From positions 15,925 to 79,924 of the IMG/VR virus record IMGVR_UViG_3300047476_001812: a stretch of 64,000 bases of DNA; one strand, given 5' to 3'. Position 1 is the first letter of the stretch, and every line of letters begins with the position of its first letter. A program made the position numbers and the translations under genes. The notes beneath the pieces were generated by a model. The model did not search any database, was not told where the DNA came from, and saw only the letters and a program-made list of their open reading frames with translations. Positions 57,689 through 64,000 of this stretch are shown here, piece after piece. This stretch comes from a virus.

Positions 57689-58216
57689 ATGATACCACTT
57701 TGGGCTATTGGCACAGGACTAGCATCGGTTGCCGCAGGGTTGGGGTATGGACTTTCTGAAGGTAAAAAAAATACTGCCAGCAATCCATATAATGTGCCTA
57801 ATAACGTGCCTAACAATCCTCAACCTAAAATTGCTCCAATGGATTTGCTTGATGGACACATTCAGCGTGAGCAAGAGAGGATTAAAGCAGATATATCAAA
57901 GGGTTTAACACCTCCACAAACTGAATGGGTTGATAGAGTTGCTAAAAACAGGGCTGATGATAAATACCAACAATGGCTTGAGAACTCCAGAGAGTTTCAG
58001 CTTGGTGGTGCTAAATATGCGTGGTTGACTGAAGATGAGCTACGTTCGCTCGATAATGGATGGAAATTTGAAGGACTAAGTAATGATGATATTGCCAAAC
58101 GCTATGCAAGAGAAAATCATAGAGATGGTGGGCAATACCAAGGTTCTTATAGAAACCTAATGAATGACAAATATAGACTGACAGGTAAACGTTATGTTCC
58201 TGTAAGAATTGGTTAA
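57689..58216 (+). CDS. hypothetical protein with N-terminal hydrophobic helix
   Basis: MIPLWAIGTGLASVAAGLGYG; GGAGG RBS. Confidence 0.6.
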   Translation: MIPLWAIGTGLASVAAGLGYGLSEGKKNTASNPYNVPNNVPNNPQPKIAPMDLLDGHIQREQERIKADISKGLTPPQTEWVDRVAKNRADDKYQQWLENSREFQLGGAKYAWLTEDELRSLDNGWKFEGLSNDDIAKRYARENHRDGGQYQGSYRNLMNDKYRLTGKRYVPVRIG

Positions 58217-58611
58217 CCTCTTATCATAGGGGCTTCTTCTCCTGGGGTTTTATCATCTCTTTGAAAGATAGCTCCTAATTGATATCCTAATCCCACAGTA
58301 TTGATTGTCCAATTAAGAACGTTTGCTTTTATTGCCCGTTCTTTATCAGAAACACTATCAGCTTTTAGGTAGGCAATAGCTTCCTGTAAAGCCTTAGAAT
58401 CTCCTTTAATGATGGAGTCAAAGATTTCATCAGGCATACCTAATTCACGCCACACAGAAAACATAGCGGTTGCCATAGAGTTCATCATCTTCTGAAGATA
58501 AGCCTCACTTATAAGCCCTTCCTCTAGGCATCTGGCAAATAACTCCTGGGGTGTTATCCGGTCTTGAAGATAATCTAATTTTAATTCATTTGAAATTATT
58601 AATTTAGGCAT
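58213..58611 (-). CDS. hypothetical protein (antisense cassette)
   Basis: AAGGA RBS; hairpin motif at 58641-58662. Confidence 0.65.
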   Translation of the reverse strand: MPKLIISNELKLDYLQDRITPQELFARCLEEGLISEAYLQKMMNSMATAMFSVWRELGMPDEIFDSIIKGDSKALQEAIAYLKADSVSDKERAIKANVLNWTINTVGLGYQLGAIFQRDDKTPGEEAPMIRG

Positions 58612-58707
58612 TGTTTATTTCCTTTCGGTAATCAATTACATCACCATTAATGGGGCAATTGCCCCTATTTCTTTGAAGAATTATATCACAAACCAATAAC
58701 TAAAATC

Positions 58708-59988
58708 ATGGCATCAAGATGGAATGGTAAAATAAACAAGTTAAAACCCTGGGCTGCCAAAGGGCAGTCTAACAAGACCTCGTTTATTGCTCCTAAGTCT
58801 ACAGAGCCTAATCCTGATGCCTTTGATTTTGAAGAAGGTAGAAGTGAAAACCCAAATATAGATAATATTATTACTGGGCGGAAGAGGGAATTTAACCCTC
58901 AAGAAGAGTATAACTTCAAGTCTGCCTATAAAAGATATTTAAAAGCGTTAGAATTACAACCTTCTAAGATTAAAGAAGAACCGAATAAAACCACTTATTT
59001 TTATTATAGCTCCAGTTCTAATACCGGGTTTTGGGAGGTAACTGTAGCTGAGGACGATAGTGGTACATTTATTAACTTGTTGATTCCATCATTTGTTATT
59101 GTGTGTCCACCTGCTACTGGATTCAAGCTAACTGGAGCTATAGAAAGTGATGGTAAAAATTTTAAGTGGGAACAAAGAGCAGGAAATAAAACCGTATTAT
59201 TTGATAATGACTCTATAGCAGAACCAACTATATTTATTCAATCAACTTGTTACACTTCTGGATGCGATAGCGGGACTGGACTACCAATCATTCTTAGGGT
59301 AAAACTAGAAAATAACCCAGTTATTTTCCAAGATTTAGTTGTTTACAACACCCCAACTTCTACGCATTATGGAATTTCGGTAAGCAAAGGGATTGTTTCT
59401 GATAGAGAATGCCAAAAAGTATCTATAACCCCTTACATTTCCCCTCCAGGTTATTTACAAAAAGCTTATTGTGAAGATATAAACAACATTTTCGTCACCT
59501 GGAATCCCCCTAGCTGTGAGAGTCAATTCATTATTGGTTATAGTCTAACTGTTAACACAAATGGGAGTTATGTAGTAATTGATTATGCCGCTGTTAATGA
59601 AGAAAGATTATTTCAATTAGAGCTAAATAAACATTATAGAATTGTCTCTCACTTTAACTTCTATGGAAAGCTAGTTGATACTCCATCAAACATATTTTAT
59701 TTTACTTCTGGAGATATTACTCATCAGGTTTATGCCGATGATTCTTATAATGGAATATCTTTTAGCAAACAGAGCCAAAACATTGTAACTGTAGATTTAA
59801 AAGTTAGTAGTTATCAGTATGAAGATATTCATTCTGGGGTATCATCTAGTAAGCAAAACCAGTCAATAACTCAAATAGAATTAAGAACTTCCAGTTATAC
59901 TTATGTTGATGAATACCTTGGTATAGGAGCTAGTAAAATGACCAGCAGCTATACCAAAGTAGATTTAGGTGGGGTTGTTATTGGATAG
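58708..59988 (+). CDS. structural protein with PKD/Fn3-like domains
   Basis: FKWEQRAG, VTWNPP...IIGYSL; C-terminal Y.D.Y.G.S.SK repeats. Confidence 0.6.
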   Translation: MASRWNGKINKLKPWAAKGQSNKTSFIAPKSTEPNPDAFDFEEGRSENPNIDNIITGRKREFNPQEEYNFKSAYKRYLKALELQPSKIKEEPNKTTYFYYSSSSNTGFWEVTVAEDDSGTFINLLIPSFVIVCPPATGFKLTGAIESDGKNFKWEQRAGNKTVLFDNDSIAEPTIFIQSTCYTSGCDSGTGLPIILRVKLENNPVIFQDLVVYNTPTSTHYGISVSKGIVSDRECQKVSITPYISPPGYLQKAYCEDINNIFVTWNPPSCESQFIIGYSLTVNTNGSYVVIDYAAVNEERLFQLELNKHYRIVSHFNFYGKLVDTPSNIFYFTSGDITHQVYADDSYNGISFSKQSQNIVTVDLKVSSYQYEDIHSGVSSSKQNQSITQIELRTSSYTYVDEYLGIGASKMTSSYTKVDLGGVVIG

Positions 59989-60261
59989 ACTCATACCGCA
60001 ATTAACAAACAAACAAGTTTTTAAACAAGTCTGATATTCTTCTTCAGACTCAAATTCATAAAGATGAATTTCGTAGCCGCAAGAGGTCGTTTCTTTGTAA
60101 AACTTTCCGTTAGTTGCTTTGTAAAAGATAGAAATCCAATCATCTTTGTCAATTCGTAAAGTAGCATGGTTGCTATCTTTTTGTATCTTATTCCTGTCAA
60201 TAAATTGATGCAAGCTTTCTGCATCGTCTCCGTGACCTTCTTTGTTAAATATTGTTTTCAT
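59965..60261 (-). CDS. hypothetical protein flanked by 25-bp direct repeats
   Basis: GGAG RBS; repeats at 59979-60003 and 60277-60301. Confidence 0.6.
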   Translation of the reverse strand: MKTIFNKEGHGDDAESLHQFIDRNKIQKDSNHATLRIDKDDWISIFYKATNGKFYKETTSCGYEIHLYEFESEEEYQTCLKTCLFVNCGMSLSNNNPT

Positions 60262-60310
60262 AAACTACTCCACTAATATTGGATATACTCATACCGCAAT
60301 TGCCCCTTAA

Positions 60311-60886
60311 CTAAAATTCAAGTTTTGCCTTTTCGCGCTTTTCTTTTGGCAAAAGCGCAATCAACTCTTGATGCAAAACAAGCAGCTTGCCTTCTGGTAG
60401 GTTGGCTGTTTTTTCTACGACTAGCTTGGCATATTCTGCTTGTTTCATAGATGCTGCTGGAAGAAATCTTCCGGCTCTGTTTGCTGTCCAAGTAATACCG
60501 TCTTGGATTTTAATGAAGCGTTTTGCAACGCCGTAATACCCCCCGGTATGAGGGTTTTCTATTTCCCAGTGGTGTGGTGTTAGCAATGCAGCTTTGATTG
60601 CTGCTATTTTTTCTGCTTCTGACACCACATATTTTTCATCGCAAACCCAGCCATGAGCAGCACAACTGTAGTTTGTCCAAATATGTTCCCACTTAGAGGT
60701 GAAGGACTGATTTGTCGGGTGAGGGAAATTAGGATGAATGATATCATCCTTGTTCACAAATGGATTATACCTGATTTCCCAGGCATCCCCTATTGTTTGT
60801 CCTCCACGTATGGGAACATGATCCATGCTCAATATCTTTTCAATGGTTTTTCTTTCAGCTTTTCTCAATAAGTTCAAAGATTCCAT
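60311..60886 (-). CDS. hypothetical protein (antisense cassette)
   Basis: 191-aa ORF; hairpin motif at 60916-60937. Confidence 0.7.
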   Translation of the reverse strand: MESLNLLRKAERKTIEKILSMDHVPIRGGQTIGDAWEIRYNPFVNKDDIIHPNFPHPTNQSFTSKWEHIWTNYSCAAHGWVCDEKYVVSEAEKIAAIKAALLTPHHWEIENPHTGGYYGVAKRFIKIQDGITWTANRAGRFLPAASMKQAEYAKLVVEKTANLPEGKLLVLHQELIALLPKEKREKAKLEF

Positions 60887-61061
60887 GTCAAACCCCTTAA
60901 GTTCTTAACTTAACTTCACCACTCTTGCGGCGTTAGCCGTGCTATTTACTGGGAAATCATGCTGTTCTATTTTCCCCGAATTCCCATGAGCATAACTTCA
61001 CTACTCCTGCGGCGTTAGCCGTTGTAGGAATTATACCACCAAACTAATTATTTAAAGTGGT

Positions 61062-63617
61062 ATGAAAATTGAAGGTGTTGTAGAGATTAGAAAAGTTGAT
61101 AGTGTTACTGGAGAAATAGTAGAGGTAATCACACAAAAGAATTTAATACCTGCTAATAGCTTATTGGGGGTGTTAGGTCAGTGGGCGGTAAGGGGTTATT
61201 TTGGGGATAAACGTATTTCTATTTCTACCTCTACAACAACACCAACAATACTAAACTCTACGTTAACTAATATTATTGCAACTGGTTATATTCCTTCAAA
61301 TGCTACTTCACCTACTTGGAATCCTGGTATTGACCCCCCTTATGGGCAAATACATAATAGAATAGATTTTACTGGGACAAGTAGAGTGTTTAATTCTGTT
61401 GGTTTGACAGCATTAGGTAGTGGTAATAACCAAGGTAATTTATCTACTACAACTTACGCTTACTTGAAATTAGATACCCCTTGTACTCAAGGTGCAACAG
61501 AATTTTTAGATATTTTTTATAGAATACAATTCACAAATAGCGGTGGTGGGCAAGGTTTTCTGGGTGATTCAGCCCGTTATCAATTTGGTAAAGCCGTCAC
61601 AATTCCATGGAATGGAATTTCCATTTTTAGAATTGGAATGTTGTTTGTTAGCTTTACAAATATCAACAACTTAGATTCCTACAAAAATCTTTATGTTGGC
61701 AACTCTCCAAATCTTGCAAATTCAGAGGGTTCTAATCCAGGTTGGTTAAGTAGTGGTACATTAGTCTCTTCTCATTACAAATGGAGATATAATTTATCAT
61801 GGGATAGAGATAGATATACTGGATATATTTGCAACTTAATGCCTCAAGGGGTTGGCGAACCCTTGAGTGGAGACAATGCTTTCTTTATATCTAAAATAAA
61901 TTATGCTAAAGAGCCGTTCCAAACAGGATTTTGGCATTCATCTACAGCACCTACTCCTTTCTTTGACCCTCTTTTTGCTGGTAGCTCTAATGGTATTCCT
62001 ACACTTGCAGGAACTTGGACTGGTAAGTTGCCTGAATTATTTAAACTTACTATCACTACCACAGGTGCAGTAGGGGTAGCGACTTATAAATTATCTATTA
62101 GAAAACATCTTGGTTTTAATGGAAGTAACTATACAGATTTAACTATAGGAAGCCCCTACAGGAATCCCAATATAGCAGCGCATCCCAGGCATCACGGATG
62201 GAGAAAACAAGACAATGATTTATTGCGCTGGTCAAACACTCAAATAGTCCAATACGATGATACTGGAGTAACTTTACTTGATATCTTTGACGGAACTTTT
62301 ACCACATGGGATAGCTTATCAACTCCGGTTCTAAGTGCAACTCAAATAAGACAAGTAGCTGTAGACCCTGCAAATAATCTAATTCATGTTGCCTGTAGGA
62401 ATACAGGGCTTTACATAATTAATGTCAACACAAACTCAATTACCTTACAGTTAAACAGCCCTTGTTACGGAGTTGATGTAGGAAGAAATGGTAGAACTTT
62501 TGCACTTGTTGATGGTGGTCTTTATAGCTCTAATAATTGGGCAGTTACTGAAACTTTTACGTTTACTGGAATCAGCGATGGAAATTGGTCAAGAGTCTAT
62601 TTTTTAAAAGCAGACCCCGAAAATACCAATGACAGAATAGCTATTATTGCAGAAAATGCAAGTGGCACTAATAGAAGAATGGTTTGGTGGCAAGTGGGTA
62701 CACCAGCAGCAGTGTTAGGATATGAAGGAAGTGAAATAAAAAGATATCCTGCAAGTTTAGATGTTAGTAATACAGGGAGTTTTTGGGCTGCACAAGCATC
62801 TAGATTTACCTATGGAACTACTACAAGAACTGCATTGACTTTTACTATCAACGGTGGTACTGTTGCTGTGAGTATTCCATCAGAAACCTTTACTCATACA
62901 GTATGGGGAAGTGATGCTTACTATAAGGTAGATTTTTATAATGGTAATTTAATTACTAATGATAGATTGCTTAGTTCTAATAACACATCAGTGGTTGTAT
63001 ACACAGCATTAGGAACTACACCAACACTTTTACATTTAGATAGCGGAATAACTCTCTACGCATCTATGAGGCAATTGTTTACTGATAATACCTATTGCTG
63101 GACTGACTATGGTTGGAATGGAAGTAGTTGGGTCGCTGGTAATCCTAACTCTAAGACTACTCATACTGGTGCAGAAACATTGATTAATGGGATTACAGTT
63201 GCATTTGCTAATGGTACTAATGCACCGCATTTTACATCTACCAACTATTTTACTCAGGGAATATGTTACGGATTCTGGAAAGATAATGCTAGTTCGCTAG
63301 ATTACTCCTCAGCTTGGTATTCAATCCCGGTAATTTTTAACCAACCCGTAAGTCTTACAATACCTGCTACTGCACCTTATACATTAACTTTAACTGATGC
63401 AACTACTTACCCTTCATTTATTAGGATAGAAACCGATACCCCACAATTGCATAAGTTTACAATCAACGGAACACCAGTAACTCAGATTTATGTAAATGGG
63501 GAAGCCCCAGCCCCAGGAGAAATTAGTATGCAATCTTCTGGGAATGGGGTGTTAACATTTAATGCGGCTGATGCAGGTAAAACGTTAGGTGGTACTTATA
63601 CGTGGTTGAGATTTTAA
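61062..63617 (+). CDS. tail/baseplate or receptor-binding protein with a beta-propeller-like region
   Basis: N-terminal G.V.I...D..TGEIV....KNLI typical of tail proteins; T/G/S/N-rich; IRQVAVDP...GLYIIN. Confidence 0.7.
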   Translation: MKIEGVVEIRKVDSVTGEIVEVITQKNLIPANSLLGVLGQWAVRGYFGDKRISISTSTTTPTILNSTLTNIIATGYIPSNATSPTWNPGIDPPYGQIHNRIDFTGTSRVFNSVGLTALGSGNNQGNLSTTTYAYLKLDTPCTQGATEFLDIFYRIQFTNSGGGQGFLGDSARYQFGKAVTIPWNGISIFRIGMLFVSFTNINNLDSYKNLYVGNSPNLANSEGSNPGWLSSGTLVSSHYKWRYNLSWDRDRYTGYICNLMPQGVGEPLSGDNAFFISKINYAKEPFQTGFWHSSTAPTPFFDPLFAGSSNGIPTLAGTWTGKLPELFKLTITTTGAVGVATYKLSIRKHLGFNGSNYTDLTIGSPYRNPNIAAHPRHHGWRKQDNDLLRWSNTQIVQYDDTGVTLLDIFDGTFTTWDSLSTPVLSATQIRQVAVDPANNLIHVACRNTGLYIINVNTNSITLQLNSPCYGVDVGRNGRTFALVDGGLYSSNNWAVTETFTFTGISDGNWSRVYFLKADPENTNDRIAIIAENASGTNRRMVWWQVGTPAAVLGYEGSEIKRYPASLDVSNTGSFWAAQASRFTYGTTTRTALTFTINGGTVAVSIPSETFTHTVWGSDAYYKVDFYNGNLITNDRLLSSNNTSVVVYTALGTTPTLLHLDSGITLYASMRQLFTDNTYCWTDYGWNGSSWVAGNPNSKTTHTGAETLINGITVAFANGTNAPHFTSTNYFTQGICYGFWKDNASSLDYSSAWYSIPVIFNQPVSLTIPATAPYTLTLTDATTYPSFIRIETDTPQLHKFTINGTPVTQIYVNGEAPAPGEISMQSSGNGVLTFNAADAGKTLGGTYTWLRF

Positions 63618-63934
63618 TTGATTTTAACTGAACCACCAGCATTGATTGATTTCCCGATGTGACCACTTGCTTCTAAGCTACCGCCGCAATTAACTGAGCC
63701 TTCAACGTTATTACATTGGACAGAGCCGCCAGCCTCCAAATTGCCTTGAATGTTTTTGCATTCAACACTTGCATCAGTTCTAAGTGAGGCTAAATCACCA
63801 TCCCATTGAATCTTTATATTACCAGAAAGTCCACTAATTACTGTATTGCCATTGACGGTAATAACGCCGTTGACAATACTAACATTGCCGCCGGAGACTT
63901 CAAAGGTTTGTCCGTTCACTTTTATTTTGTTCAC
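63614..63934 (-). CDS. small beta-helix-like protein (antisense cassette)
   Basis: Repeated G(N/S)V/GGSV units; GGAG RBS; hairpin motif at 63961-63982. Confidence 0.7.
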   Translation of the reverse strand: MNKIKVNGQTFEVSGGNVSIVNGVITVNGNTVISGLSGNIKIQWDGDLASLRTDASVECKNIQGNLEAGGSVQCNNVEGSVNCGGSLEASGHIGKSINAGGSVKIN

Positions 63935-64000
63935 TTGAATACTCCACTAATTTATTTACATCATCACTACTAGTGCGTTAGCCCTTACTAGGAATATTAT

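Larger units (their letters stand above)
247..63982 (-). promoter_or_regulatory. class B dispersed motif, 29 copies counted: + strand YCAH-N10-GC(GTTA/AATC/AATT/GATT)GC hairpin
   Basis: Starts at 247, 3027, 4022, 4881, 5271, 5959, 7721, 8447, 9833, 10172, 18878, 19115, 20509, 24233, 28437, 29698, 32527, 32652, 34675, 36523, 39877, 43036, 49705, 52651, 56333, 58641, 60916, 60998, 63961; fixed 10-nt spacer, one orientation; 29698 and 56333 have variant cores. Confidence 0.85.

Overview
This AT-rich window looks like part of a large tailed cyanophage genome (free phage, prophage or phage-plasmid); a cyanobacterial host is inferred from the cyanobacterial-type DnaB, the group-3 sigma factor and the IS630. 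It contains a replication/nucleotide block (DnaB, UvrD-like helicase, SSB, dCTP deaminase), an 808-aa single-subunit two-barrel RNA polymerase of the YonO/cellular-RdRP family and a sigma factor that appears to lack region 4. It also carries terminase, portal, scaffold, a major capsid gene split by two group I introns (each with a LAGLIDADG gene on the antisense strand), probable internal-virion and tail proteins, an IS630 and many small minus-strand genes. The main unexplained structure is regulatory. About 43 copies, all in one orientation, of a mini-hairpin (GC-GTTA-GC or GC-GTA-GC with co-varying stems) sit at a fixed distance from a second element, upstream of most minus-strand genes, including the antisense homing endonuclease of intron 1. 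They look like a dedicated phage hairpin-promoter system. A separate 11-bp motif marks sigma70-type replication/regulatory genes, and an unidentified ~440-nt structured RNA with its own promoter lies at ~39037-39480. All family calls come from reading motifs by eye; no searches were run and motif counts are manual.
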